Assembly (NCBI RefSeq): GCF_006345805.1 | Contig: NC_042997.1 | Location: 185,876,001-185,940,000, forward strand | From: Octopus sinensis | Taxonomy: Eukaryota | Length of the DNA: 64,000 nt | Reading direction: 5' to 3' | Shown: piece after piece, positions 51,785 to 64,000 of the stretch | Numbering within the stretch: the first letter of the stretch is position 1 | Layout of the letters: every line of letters starts with the position of its first letter | Notes under the pieces: generated by a model | What the model saw: the letters and a program-made list of their open reading frames with translations, nothing else | Told to the model about the DNA's origin: nothing | Database searches by the model: none | Program-made: the position numbers and the translations under genes

Positions 51785-52024
51785 ATTCAATGAAGGCGAA
51801 AAGAACGTAAAACGTGCTAACAATTGATAGTAGGAAGAGGCGAGAGTACCTGGCTTTCATGCCTTTCTGAAAAGGTGTTAGCCATGTGTGTTAGTAAAAA
51901 GAAATTATTTCAAAGCTAGGAATTTACGCGAGGAGAGGAATTTACATCTTTGTACGAAGATACTGAATTTTAGAAGAGTTATGTTATCGGAAGCTGTGAC
52001 AAAAATGCTTCTTCCGAAAGATAT

Positions 52025-52225
52025 AGGTTTCAAATTTTGGCACAAGACCAGCAATTTCTGGGAGTAGAGTAAGTCGATTACATCAACCCCCGTGCTCAAC
52101 TCGTGCTTATTTTATCGACCCTGAAAGAATGAAAGGTGGAATTTGAAGTCAGAGCGGAAAGACAGATGAAATGCTACTCTAGCATTTAGCCCAACGGGGT
52201 AACGATTTTGCCAGCTCACCGCCAT
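52025..52225 (-). mobile_element. SINE A (tail type 2), diverged
   Basis: Reverse head/core/tail 2. Confidence 0.7.
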
Positions 52226-53191
52226 TCTTTCCTAGAGATAATACAAGGAATAAGTGAAGTGAAAAGACTTTAAAAAACGTTGGAAATTACGTTAATTTCG
52301 CGGTTTCCTATGTGCGTACCTGCGTACTTCATGCTTCATGATAATTGCTCCACAAGAGCTACAAAAGAGAGAAAAGCTTTTGGGCAAATATATACAAAGC
52401 TAACACTGTTTAAAAGAGAATGAATGAGAAGAGTGAACTTCGTTCAGAGTATAGTGGTTTAGTCGAGGGAAAGGAATTACATCCATTTGCATCTCATATA
52501 AACCTAGACTCGAAGTAACGATGCAGTTACTATTCAGCTACAAGACAAGAACTGCAACAGAAACATGATAGGAAAGGATTGGGTACAAGTGGTTGGTTCC
52601 TGTGCATCGGGGCTTGAAAAGAGAAACATTACAAAAGGCGAAGGTGTGTGGCCTAGTTTCGATTCTCATATTGACTGAGCAAAACACATAATTTCAGGTT
52701 ACTTCGAGCCATTCAGCTGTAAATAGGTAACCTTGAGACAAATTGGCGTACAAAGGTGGGATAGTGAGTCAGGAAAATCAACCTAACAGAGGTCTTGCAA
52801 GCCATGTTTTGTAGTCAACAATCGAAAGGATGAATAATACAACCTGTACTGTAAATCCCGACCGGTTGGGAATGGTTGCTCAACCACGTCGAAAGTCTGT
52901 CGTAGAAGACGACTGTATTTAATGTGTGTGGTTGGGGACGATAAGCAACCAGCAGAGATCATTGCAATAACAGTAGAAAAAGCAGAGTGACGAACATCGC
53001 TTCTGTAAGGAAAAGGTTGTATTGTACTGGTGAGTCACTCTTCGCCGATCAGTCGGGTGAAATTATTACATAGAGTACATGGAAAGGCTTACCGCTAGCA
53101 GGATTAGAAATATTGATTTCTTACATTGGCTAAAGTCCAAAAGCTTATCGTGACAGATAAACTTCAATTCATCATAATACTAACTAATTTC

Positions 53192-53400
53192 AAGGCGACG
53201 AGCTGGTAGAGCTATTAGCACGGTGGACAAACTACTTAGAGGCATTTCGTCCGTCTTTACGTTCTGAGTTCAAATTTCGCCTTGGTCGACTTTTTTTATT
53301 CAGGGTCGAAAAGATAAGTACCAGACAAGTACTGAGGTCGATGGAATCGAATTCGTCCTCCCCACAAGAATTGCTGGTCCCTATGCCAAAATTTGTAGCT
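53192..53400 (+). mobile_element. SINE A (tail type 2)
   Basis: AAGGCGACGAGCTGG...GTTCTGAGTTCAAAT...AAGTACCAG. Confidence 0.75.
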
Positions 53401-53864
53401 ATTATTAGTATTTATTTTAACAGTACCAATACGATTTCAACATAGTCTGTTATCTTTTGTTTGTATCAGTGAATGAACTGAGGTCATACACAAGCACACT
53501 TTGAAGGGTTTTAATCGAACTAGGCTTAGTACTCTAGGTCTGTTTTACGGAGACGTAAACAAACGATTACGGTTTTCCAGCGTTCAGAGACAGACAGACA
53601 GACACACACACACACACACACCACACACACATGTACACTACGTGCTTCTCTCAGTTTCCAACTACCTAATCCACTAGAAAGTTTTGGTTAACCTGAGTCT
53701 ACAGCATAAGATACGTGTCCGAGGTGACGTGCAGTGTAACTGAACCCATGTGATTGGGAATCATACCTGCCACCTAGTTAGATTAAATAATGTAACTTTA
53801 CTTCAATATAGGGTAACAGATTGCTAACGTCTATTCAAAGTACCACTCGAGTATTACCATAGAT

Positions 53865-54071
53865 TCTTCTTCTTCTTCTTCTTCTTCTTCTTCTTTTTCT
53901 TCTTCTTCTTCTTCTTCTTCTTCTTCTTCTTCTTCTTCTTCTTCTTCTTCTTCTTCTTCTTCTTCTTCTTCTTCTTCTTCTTCTTCTTCTTCTTCTTCTT
54001 CTTTCATTTAACTACCTATATATCTCTGTGTGTAATTTATCACTCTATCTATCTATCTATCTATCTGTCTG

Positions 54072-54136
<65 letters not shown>

Positions 54137-54137
54137 A

Positions 54138-54224
<87 letters not shown>

Positions 54225-54239
54225 TATCTATCTGTTTGC

Positions 54240-54280
<41 letters not shown>

Positions 54281-54300
54281 GATCTATCTATCTATCTATG
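53865..54300. repeat. (CTT)n followed by (TATC)n microsatellites
   Basis: Direct inspection. Confidence 0.95.
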
Positions 54301-55172
54301 AATATGATGTGTGTGTGTCTATCTATCGGTGGTGCCCCAGCATGGCCGCAGCTTTGAGTTGAAACCGATAAAAGAAAAAATATATATGTGCGTGTGTGTG
54401 TGTGTGTGTATGTATATACATATATTTTTTTTCAGCGAAATAACGTCTGTGACAGCTCCCCAGACAACGCTGAGTGCAACAGAACATTTGAATGTCATTG
54501 ACCAGACAAGACAAATTGCCTCGAATGGAATCCAAGAGTGGAAAATACTGATATTTGTTGTAGTTGTAGCAACAGTGTTGTTGCTGTTCTTGTTCATGTT
54601 GCCATTATTTTCGCTATTATTGTTTATTGTTTTTTGTTTTTGTTTTTCGTTTTTAGTGTTGATTTCATGTGAACATTAAACTCTCTTTCGGTACCTGAAA
54701 AGTCATTATTTTGTCATTTTGAAGCATCCATGTACAGGTGTGAATTGTTCTTCGTGGCTATATTGTATTTATTTATTTATTTATTTTATTGACTTTTTTT
54801 TTGTTTTTTTTTTTTGGTTAGTCATTTGTAAAAACAATCTCATTTACAAGTATGGGGACGTATCCTGCTTGTTGTTGCTATCATTGTTGCTGAATCGTCA
54901 ATACATTTTTTTTAATACGAAAGAAATTTAAAACAAATCGAACAGAAATTTTCTCATACAAAATGTCTTCAAAGGTGAAAAAAAAAAACAAAGACGAAAG
55001 TAAAATTAATGTAAATAAGACTTCATTTTTGAAATAGTTACATAAAAGGTAGTAACTTTTCCACACTTAAAACAAATGTAGTAATCCAAAATTTACAACG
55101 TCAACAATAAAAACAAAAAAAAAATTGATTCGAATAGAATGAAATAATAATAATAATAATAATGATAATAAA

Positions 55173-55214
<42 letters not shown>

Positions 55215-55218
<4 letters not shown>

Positions 55219-55770
55219 GCCCTGATGCAGTACCAGGCAGTGGCTCTCATGGCTTCTGATCTTAACTGATTGGAAGTGTTATCATGTACATTGTTTTGTC
55301 TTGGTATAAAAGATGGGCTACAGCAAATATTCTGCTCAATACCTCAGATGCTTGTGTCAGTTGTTTGACCTTAACCAGTTGAGCATGTCCCTTAGTGGCT
55401 GACGATATGTGCATCTCTGATCACGAGCAGAATTAGTGGGGGAGCATCATAGCCATGTGTTGAGAGGGATTCTTTGGGTTGAATAGTTCACCTCTGGAAA
55501 CAGGTTGTTGTTTCGTTCAACATCCTTAAAAACCCTTATTCAGGGACCGTTTGAGCGGGATGGGCTACTCAACCTGAAGAAAATTCTAACTGGGCCCCCA
55601 CCTGCAAGGTCATGTGTGTTTATCTTGATATGAGATCCCATGTCGCGCACATATGGTTGTGATGCATGTGCCTGGTGTACCTTTATCAGACGGGTAGTCA
55701 TGATGGGTATATTGGGCTTCGTATATTTTACCCCAGTGTCACTTTGATGGCATGCACTGCTCTCTCACTC
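55215..55770 (+). mobile_element. Family D retroposon, full length (~555 bp), embedded in (AAT)n
   Basis: (AAT)n-AAATGCCCTGATGCAGTACC...GCACTGCTCTCTCACTC-(AAT)n; no ORF; no A/B boxes seen. Confidence 0.85.
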
Positions 55771-55874
55771 AATAATAATAATAATAATAATATTTTTAAA
55801 AGGATTGACGTAACTCTTCACAAAGATAAACAGTCAAGACAAAGAGCGACAATCGAATCGCACTCTTCGTCTTG

Positions 55875-56282
55875 ACTCTTTTACTCTTTTACGTCTTTCA
55901 GTCATTTTACTGTGGCCATGCTGGAGCACCGCCTTTTAGTCGAGCAAATCGACCCCCAGGACTTGTTATTTGTAAGCCTCGTACTTATTCTATCGGTCTC
56001 TTTTGCCGAACTGCTAGATTACGGGGACGTAAACACACCAGCATCGGTTGTCAAACGATGTTGGGGGGACAAAGACAAACACATAAACACACACGCATAC
56101 ATATATATATACATATATACATATATACGACGGGCTTCTTTCAGTTTCCGTCTACCAAATCCACTCGCAAGGCTTTGGTCGGCCTTGTAGAAGACACTTG
56201 CCCAAGGTGCCACGCAGTGAGAATGAACCCGGAACCATGTGGTTGATAAGCAAGCTACTTACCACACAGCCACTCCTGCGCC

Positions 56283-56283
<1 letters not shown>
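55875..56283 (-). mobile_element. SINE family B, full length
   Basis: All modules present; the head abuts (TAA)n. Confidence 0.92.
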
Positions 56284-56350
<67 letters not shown>

Positions 56351-56499
56351 GTATAATAATAATGAGAAGAAGAAGAAGAAGAAGAAGAAGAACAATAATA
56401 ATAATTTTTTTTTCTAATATAGACACAAGGCCCGAAATTGGGTGAGAGGGAATACCAGATTACATGGACCCCAGTGCGTAACTTGGCACACTTTTCGCT

Positions 56500-56920
56500 A
56501 ACAAACTCCATCCCAATCTCATCACCAAATGCATCACCTTGAAGCTGTAACAGAGGGCAAAAATGTAACTATTCTTTGAAACTTTCCAGCTCATAGAGAC
56601 AGAACCATCAAAGGGGAAAAACGGATATTGTTCTAAACGACCAACACAGTAAAGTCTGTTTATTGATTGACATGAGTATATCTTATAAAAATATTTCGGC
56701 AAAAGGAGTTGAGAAGCTCAGAAATTATCAAGATTTGCTAATTGAAATCGTAAAAATGCGATTGTAGGAGCACTAGAAATTATCGAAAAAGGAACTGGAA
56801 ACTATTTGAAAATGATTCCCTGGCTTACCATTCCTGCAAGAAGTGCAATAGATTGGTTTAACTGGTAGGTGACACGTATTGAGAAGAGCCTTGTTGCTGT
56901 GAGGACGATTGCCATCCATG
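56500..56920 (+). pseudogene. R4/Dong-like RLE endonuclease remnant
   Basis: HHLEAVTEGKNVTIL*NFPAHRDRTIK / DIVLNDQHSKVCLLIDMSISYKNISAKGVEKLRNYQDLLIEI / IVGALEII (frameshifted). Confidence 0.8.
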
Positions 56921-57052
56921 TAAATAATTTTTGTAAATGAACAATTGGTCAGTTTATTTTAATGACCATCACTGTATACAAAGAGTTTCTTTCCCTAGGT
57001 ATCGGGAAGACACTCGGCAAGAAATGGAAACAAAATCGAATGAAGAAGACAA

Positions 57053-57111
<59 letters not shown>

Positions 57112-57438
57112 CACTACTACAGATAATAATAATTATAATAATAATGATAATAATAATAATAATGATAATAATAATAATAATGATAATAATAATAATGATA
57201 ATAATAACACCGGGGACGTTTTTAAGATGTAAGAAGGAAAATTCAGAGCTCCGAAATCTATCCATAAACATCGAAAACAAGGACATCCTATGGAGCCAAA
57301 GTTTTACTAACAAAGAATTGGACTGTATCCGAGTAAGTAATACTAATTGAAATTTATTACTATTTTCGAAACGAAATGATGTATTTTGACTCGATATCAT
57401 CTCCGCCTCTAACGCAACACATGTAAACATGCGTGGAA

Positions 57439-57538
57439 NNNNNNNNNNNNNNNNNNNNNNNNNNNNNNNNNNNNNNNNNNNNNNNNNNNNNNNNNNNNNN
57501 NNNNNNNNNNNNNNNNNNNNNNNNNNNNNNNNNNNNNN
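57439..57538. other. Assembly gap (100 N)
   Basis: Run of exactly 100 N, typical of a scaffolding placeholder of unknown true size. Confidence 0.99.
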
Positions 57539-57770
57539 GGTTGTTATGGAAAACCAGCATTCGCCCATGCATACCAGCCTCCCCTCTCCTACACGGATGT
57601 ATCCAAGGGAAAGCAAAGGCCGATACAGCAATTTATTGTAGATCATTGAAGCTGTTTATGACTGACGTAGGTTACACTCCCTAGAAAGACTACTAAATTT
57701 ATGGCAAGTAAACATGAGCCGTAGTGAAATAAAGTGTCTTGCTCAAGAACACAACACACAGCCTGAATTT
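57539..57770 (-). mobile_element. SINE family E (E2 tail) fragment
   Basis: Reverse complement of the 18985-19230 sequence without the nested insert. Confidence 0.65.
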
Positions 57771-58199
57771 TCGTAATTAGTATTCTTATTAGCAAGATTT
57801 TCTTTAAACTCTTGTTAGTTCAACGGTTTCATATGGAATGTAAGCTTCTTTCCATATATTTCATTACAAAGGTCATAATTTTTCAACGGTCTTTGGTTCA
57901 AAACTATAACGTAGATTTAAAAAATAATATTAAAAATTTTTTTTACTTTATTATTATTCTAATCTTTATATTTTTTCTTCACAGTTTTTTTAATTTGATA
58001 AAACCGGCTAGTTGCTACAATCTTGAATTGACTTCTTTCTTTACTTCCGCTTTTCCTTATTGTCCTTCCAAAATATACAAGCTTATGAAATTGCTTGGAT
58101 TCCTCCTGTATTTTAGTTGGATTGACAATAATTGTTTCCTTTACTAGTTAGCATTATTTTACTTTTTTGCAGCTCTTATTTCATTCTGTATCTTATTGC

Positions 58200-59240
58200 A
58201 GTAACATCAAGATACGTTTGCAGGAGCTCTAGTTGTATCACGAGATATTGCAGTATATCTTGATAAAACTATTAGTTTATGTCAACGGCATAACAGAAAC
58301 TTATGACATTTATAACTCTTTAAAATTTCTACAAACAAATAACAGTAAACAAGTATAGAAAATATTCTATTAGCATATTCAAGAAGTTTGGTTTTTATAT
58401 TACAGTAACCGCAAACAAAAGGAAACTGAACTCTCTAGATAAAACATCAGAGCTAGCATTTGATAGAATTTACCCATATAGACTGTCCTTACAAGGTGTT
58501 CTTGCATATAGATAAAAATTCTGCCTTTCCAATATATTATAATACTTACTTAGTAATATTGATATCTAATCTATTTTCAGGCAAGACAATCTGATATAAA
58601 ACAAACAATTATTACAATAATGCTTAAGAAAAAGCAATTTTAAAGAACAAATCAGTGTCTTACTCAAACGCATCTTCCTTCGGCAAAATCAAAATCAAAT
58701 GTAGATTGAAATTTCTTAAATCTAATATAGAAAAAACAGCTTAGAAACGTGGTAAAACACACTGTTTAACAAAATAGATGTCAACATCAGTTACAGCTGT
58801 AAGAAAAATGTTTGCAAGTATAATTAGTAATATTCGAGTAGCCAGTCAAAACAACATTGAATAAACTGAAAATAAGTGTTGAATAGAATAGAACTTTTTT
58901 TTCTCAACAAAATCAATAGTGAAGTCAGCCTGATATTCTTCGTCGGTACAATAGAAAAATGTATATATTAATTACATATCCAACTTTGGGAATCTAGAAT
59001 GAAAAAGTTCCACAACATTGTCTAGATATGTGTGCCATTTGAAAGACCGGCGTGTTGACCATGTTGACACCTACTGGACAATCGTTAGAAACTGCAGATC
59101 TTATAATAAGGAAAGACCACATTGACAACACTGCATAGCAGGAAAGCACAAGACACAAAGATGCTTCAAAATGCCTTTACTAAGACATTCTACCTGACGA
59201 ATTGTAACATTAAAATAGAATCAGATTGAAATAGTGAGCA
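58200..59240 (+). pseudogene. Decayed Penelope-like element (RT C-terminus to 3' end) with a degenerate hammerhead core near 59193
   Basis: IFKKFGFYITVTANKRKLNSLD (from 58375; cf. IFKxxGLxITIExNxKxVNFLD) and FNKIDVNISYSC (cf. FNxNTVKxSYSC); CTGACGA...GAAAT at the 3' end. Confidence 0.65.
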
Positions 59241-59367
59241 TAAAAAATAGGTCCAACCGGTTGTGTACAAAACACCGTCCCTAAATGTGCTTAATGTGTG
59301 TGACTGTGTATATAAGTGTGTGCACATGTGTGTACGAGTGCATGTATACATATAGGTGTATATATAT

Positions 59368-59783
59368 AAGGCGACGAGCTGGCAGAAACGTTAACGCGCC
59401 GGGCGAAATGCTTAGCGGTATTTTGTCTGTCGTTACGTTCTGAGTTCAAATTCCGCCGAGGTCGACTTTACCTTTCATCCTTTCGGGGTCGATAAATAAA
59501 GTACCAGTTTCGCACTGGGGTCGATGCAATCGCCGTAATCCTTTTGTCTGTCCTTGTTTGTCCCCTCTGTGTTTAGCACCTTGTGGGTAATAAAGAAATA
59601 GGTATTTTGTCTTTCGTTACGTTTTGAGTTCAAATTCCGCCGAGGTCGACTTTGCCTTTCATCCTTTCAGGGTCGATGAATAAAGTACCAGTTTCGCACT
59701 GGGGTCGATGCAATCGACTTAATCCCTTTGTCTGTCCTTGTTTGTCCCCTCTATGTTTAGCCTCTTGTGGGCAATAAAGAAAT
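59368..59783 (+). mobile_element. SINE A dimer inside an 18-bp TSD
   Basis: Junction AAAGAAATA|GGTATTTTG at 59600; ATATAGGTGTATATATAT at 59350-67 and 59784-801. Confidence 0.93.
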
Positions 59784-60609
59784 ATATAGGTGTATATATA
59801 TTAAACTTTGATGCTCTATCAATCTGAAAAGTGCTGCAGAATATTAAAATTTATACCAGTTATGAAGTTGTTCAGTGACTCAGAAACAATTTTTTTTTGC
59901 GAATATAGCTCTTCTCTTCCTACGAATTTTTGACTCGATGCCAATTCGGCAAATAAAAATAATTAAATTGATTGACTAACACCCTGCAACAACGAATTCG
60001 AGTACTGTGGTAGTTCTGCATGAAACAGTTGCCAAATCTCCCTCAAATGATACTTTACAGTAATAAAAAAAAAATACTTTGAAAAATGCACTCCCATGTT
60101 CACTACACATAAGAACAGGAAGAGATAGTTAAGAATAGAATGCTTTTGATCATAGATCTGCGCGGTTTAATTAACTTAAGGCTAAACACCAGGAACAAAA
60201 GCAAAACCTTCCTATAATTTCTATTTGTAGTGGACGAGATCAACAAGATACAAATGTTTTGGCCGCAGGAACAAAACGGCATCATTGAAATTATATATAA
60301 AATACAATAAATAATTGGCTAAAAATCTTATATTTCAGTAATTTCGTTATCAGGATCCATAGTTAGACTGGATACTTTCACTTCTTGGGCGATGTTATTT
60401 TTGTAGGAAAAAGATATGATTTGTGGAAATCCTAGCTAATATTCTTGAGCTTCAATGCATTTTGTAATTTTATCTACCGCTTTTACCTTCTTTTCCTTTG
60501 CGTTTCTTTATATATTTATTTATTAGGATTTTTTGGTAGTTCTTATTTTTTGGGATTCTTTTTTTCTCTTCAACGTTTAACGTGGTTATTGTTGTATTTA
60601 AGTTGTATT

Positions 60610-61192
60610 TACTCTTTTACTCTTTGCTCTTTTACTTCTTTCAGTCATTTGACTGTGGCCATGCTGGAGCACCGCGTTTAGTCGATCAAATCGACCCCAG
60701 GCTTATTCTTTGTAAGCCTAGTATTTTATTTTATTGGTCTCTCTTGCCGAACCGCTAGGTGATGGGGACTTAAGCACACCAGCATCGGGTGTCAAGCGAT
60801 GTTGGGGGAACAAACCAGACACACAAACTTATACACCCACCACACACACACCACACATATATATATATATATATATATAATATATTATATATATATAATA
60901 TATATATATATAATATATATATATATTATTTATATTTGAATAGTTGAATGATTATCTTATTATGGATAATTCGAAAGATAACCGATACCGTCCATGGGCT
61001 CCTTGAGGCGGTCAGCTAAAAGTTTTTTGTGTGCATTTTGATGTCGACATAAAGTTCCTTCATTTTCCTGATGAGAAATCTGCATAATGTACTCCTTATT
61101 CCTTCAGAATTAAGAATATGGCAGCCTCGAAACATATGTCGAGAATAAAGGATATTTGTTAACTAGTCGTTTCAACTCCATTCTTTCATATA

Positions 61193-61254
<62 letters not shown>

Positions 61255-61425
61255 TTATATACGACGGGCTTCTTTCAGCTTCCGTCTACCAAATCCACTC
61301 ACAAGGCTTTGGTCGGGCCCGAGGCTATAGTAGAAGACACTTGCCCAAGGTGCTACACATGGGACTGAACCGGGAACCATGTGGTTGGTAAGCAAGCTAC
61401 TTACCACACAGCCACTCCTACGCCT
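60610..61425 (-). mobile_element. SINE family B split by a PLE-like insert (~60930-61190) in its central (TA)n
   Basis: Tail 60610-60830 and head 61258-61425. Confidence 0.85.
61063..61145 (+). ncRNA. Type I hammerhead ribozyme with intact core and long helix II
   Basis: TTTTC-CTGATGA(61068-74)-long interrupted helix II (GA..CTGCATA / TATGGCAG..TC)-GAAAC-ATAT-GTC(61138-40)-GAGAA; 5-bp helix I, palindromic ACATATGT helix III, GUC triplet. Confidence 0.75.
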
Positions 61426-62879
61426 GTATATTTCTCCATTTTCTGTACTTCTTTACTTACCCCCTTACTACATTTTCTTACAGATATTTCATGCTAAGGA
61501 ATTGCTCACTTTTTGCTAACATACTTTTACTATATTTTTACCTGTGTTTCCTTTGTAAGCTTTTCAATATCATTCAATTTCAATAGCATTTAAACTAAAT
61601 TAATACATTAAACATACTATTTTCTAAAGTTAATTCTATTTTTCCCTAGTTGTCTAATTCCTACCGATAAGGCGATTACCTTAAATACGTCTACCTTCGT
61701 AAGTCTTCTCACATTACATCTAAAATACAAAACTATTAGGAATTGTTGACAATTTAGTTTTCGATTTCAATTCTTCAATCATCTCTTTTATAATCATCGC
61801 CAAATTTCTTTCTTTTCCTGCAATCTCTCTTTTCCCTTATCTTCTACTTCTTCCTACAACTTTCCCTCTTAGCCTATATTCCCAAAACAATCTCCATCGT
61901 TACACTATTTCCTTCTCCTTTTTTTCCCTCCGTCTCCTCTGCATTCAATTCTTCTATTTCTTCTTAATACTTTCCATGATTGAAGAGATAGCAATGTTTT
62001 CAAAGATTTCAGCATGTTCGTATTCTTGGAATAATTGCAAGCCGTTATGAAGTAGTGTACATTATCAACAAAGCAAACAGAGACAGCGAACAACGTTTCG
62101 TGCCTAGCTCAGGGACACTGCTGCACCACAGAATGGCTTTAAGATTTGTACTAATGGCATTATCCATAACCTTTGCCTTCAACTATATTCATCATACAAT
62201 TAAATATTAGCGTGATTGTATGTATGTATGTATGTATGTATGTATGTAGGTATGTGTGTATGTATGTATGTGTGTATGTATGTATGTATGTATGTATGTA
62301 TGCATGTGTGTATGTATGTATGTATATACATATATATTTAAATATATATATGTGTATATATATATGTATATATATATATATGTATATATATATATCTATA
62401 TATATATGTATATATATATATATGTATATGTATATATATATGTATATGTATATATATGTATATATATGTATATGTATATATATACACACAGAGGGATAAC
62501 TATATGTAATCACATAGACATACATAACTATGTATATTTGTACTGTGTGTGTGATTGATTGAGTGAGTGGAGAGAGAGAGAGACAGGGACAGACAGACAG
62601 ACAGATTGAGGGAGTGTACGAGTGTACATTGAAACGGTGTGTCGAACTAACATGCCTTGTTTTATTTCGAACCAATTCGGTTATACATTTTTTTTAATTC
62701 ACGCTCCACTTCATCTTTCATCTTTCTTCAGAGTTGATTTTAAAAAGTACAAGACGACCATACAATGTGCATGGGTCGATATGATCAACTAAACCTCTTG
62801 AAGGCGTTTTCAAAGCCTGGCTGCAGTTCAGAGACTGAAGCAATAGAAAGGAAGGCAGTAAGAACAAGAGTAAAGAATC

Positions 62880-63410
62880 AGATAGAGGAAGAGGAGGTAT
62901 GAGAGGCGAGGTAGCGAAGTGGAGGAGGAGGAGGAGGAGGAGGAAGAAGAAGAAGAAGAAGGAGAAGGAGAAGGAGGAGGAAAAGAAGAAGAAGAAGAAG
63001 AAGAAGAAGAAGGAGAGGGAGAAACAGAAAAAGAAGACGAAGAAGGCGTAGGAGGAGGAGGAGGAGGAAAGGAAGAAGTAGAAGAGGAAGAAGAAGAGGG
63101 AAGAGGGAGAGAGAAGAAGAAGAAGGAAGAATAAGAAGAAGAAGGAAAATAAACAGAAGAAGAAGATGAATCAAAGTAGAAGAAGAAGAGAAGAATAAGA
63201 AGAAAAGAAGAAGAAGAAGAAGGAAGGAAGAGGGAAGAGGTAAGAGAAGAAGAAGAAGGAAGGATGGAAGAGGTAGCGAAGAAGAAGAAGAAGAAGAAGA
63301 AGAAGAAGAAGAAGAAGGAATAAAAGAAAAAGAAAAGAAGAATCGAAGTGAAAGTAGGTAGAATCGGGAGAAAAGGAGTAAGGAGGAGGAGGAGTAGGAG
63401 GAGGCAGAGG
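62880..63410. repeat. Purine-rich (GAA/GGA)n low-complexity tract
   Basis: Explains the poly-E and poly-S/L ORFs. Confidence 0.95.
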
Positions 63411-63676
63411 AATGTGACAACGTCGACAACAATGGAAGTTTTCTGATTTTGAGATTAGCAGAAAAGTTTGCTTTTCTATTTTCTGGACTGAACAAATTCG
63501 TAGCAAAGACTGTCAATTTAATCGATGTACACCATCGGTCTCAGCCAAAGAACATTTTTGTATCGGCCGAAGATGAAGACGGTTGTGAGGGGGGGGTTGG
63601 GTGGGGGTGGCAACCAAAAGATTGTTGGAGCGAAGTAGAATGAATCGTGAGGAAAAATGTGTGTTCTTCATCTTCA

Positions 63677-63752
63677 TCAGATCGAGATAATATTTTGACA
63701 TCCTACGCTCATGGAACTTATCCTCCGCCTTGCTTTCTCCATGCTTGAAAGC
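63677..63752 (-). CDS. Probable terminal coding exon of an unidentified gene
   Basis: Acceptor ACAATTTGTAG|G; phase-compatible with the upstream exon, giving (R)LSSMEKARRRISSMSVGCQNIISI* (TGA 63679-63677). Confidence 0.45.
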
Positions 63753-63856
63753 CTACAAATTGTATTTATCGCAGACACTAATGACCAAAGAGACTTTTCC
63801 TTTCAGATATGAGTATCAGGGCTTTCACCCCCATCCTCCACCGTCACCCAACGCAC

Positions 63857-64000
63857 CTTGAGACGAATCGTCTCAAGTCGCCATCAGCGAGCAGAAACGG
63901 AATGCAATGAGACAGACTACGTGTGTCCGTCGTGAAACACACGTCCACATCGTATCGTGGAAGTGGTAGGCGTGGCGTTTCGGTGAATCCAGTTCGCAAA
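63857..64000 (-). CDS. Probable penultimate coding exon (runs off the window)
   Basis: Non-repetitive, GC-richer sequence; only one frame stays open to the donor CAAG|GTGCGT: LRTGFTETPRLPLPRYDVDVCFTTDTRSLSHCIPFLLADGDLRRFVS; 104-nt intron. Confidence 0.5.

Noticed and set aside
54433-54679. ORF with a TM-like stretch after a poly-T acceptor
   Set aside because: The hydrophobic run comes from (GTT)n/T-rich repeats; no convincing donor; no recognisable family.
55395-55560. Hammerhead-like words inside family D (CTGACGA; CTGAATA...GAAAC on the minus strand)
   Set aside because: No GAAA follows the first; the second has a non-canonical core and no helix I pairing.
63807-63861. Plus-strand acceptor (CACTAAT...TTTTCCTTTCAG) with a short YEYQGFHPHPPPSPNAP* frame
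   Set aside because: It overlaps the minus-strand intron model, which explains both flanking open frames; no plus-strand partner exon identified. Kept as an alternative.

Overview
AT-rich, microsatellite-dense eukaryotic (animal) genomic DNA, almost entirely repeats. From recall, the SINE families and the (TA)n/(TATG)n/(AAT)n load resemble an octopus-type cephalopod genome; this is inference, not a database result. Nearly all ORFs in the supplied track are microsatellite read-throughs. Contents: (1) at least four tRNA-headed SINE families (working labels A, B, C, E) and a headless ~555-bp (AAT)n-embedded retroposon (D); (2) six decayed R4/Dong-like restriction-endonuclease LINE fragments, one an RT-deleted 233-aa ORF; (3) Penelope-like element (PLE) relics and at least seven minimal type I hammerhead ribozyme motifs, several inside fold-back palindromes; (4) mariner, pogo, hAT, piggyBac and Helitron-like DNA-element relics; (5) a truncated tRNA-Glu pseudogene and a 100-N gap; (6) a probable two-exon 3' end of an unidentified minus-strand gene at the right edge. 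Two observations stand out. SINE-A forms head-to-tail multimers with one fixed junction at the loop of its own extended anticodon-like hairpin, which suggests site-specific self-insertion. Several unrelated hammerhead-bearing sequences share a palindromic mini-element architecture. All coordinates were read by eye, and repeat boundaries are approximate (about +/-10-20 bp).
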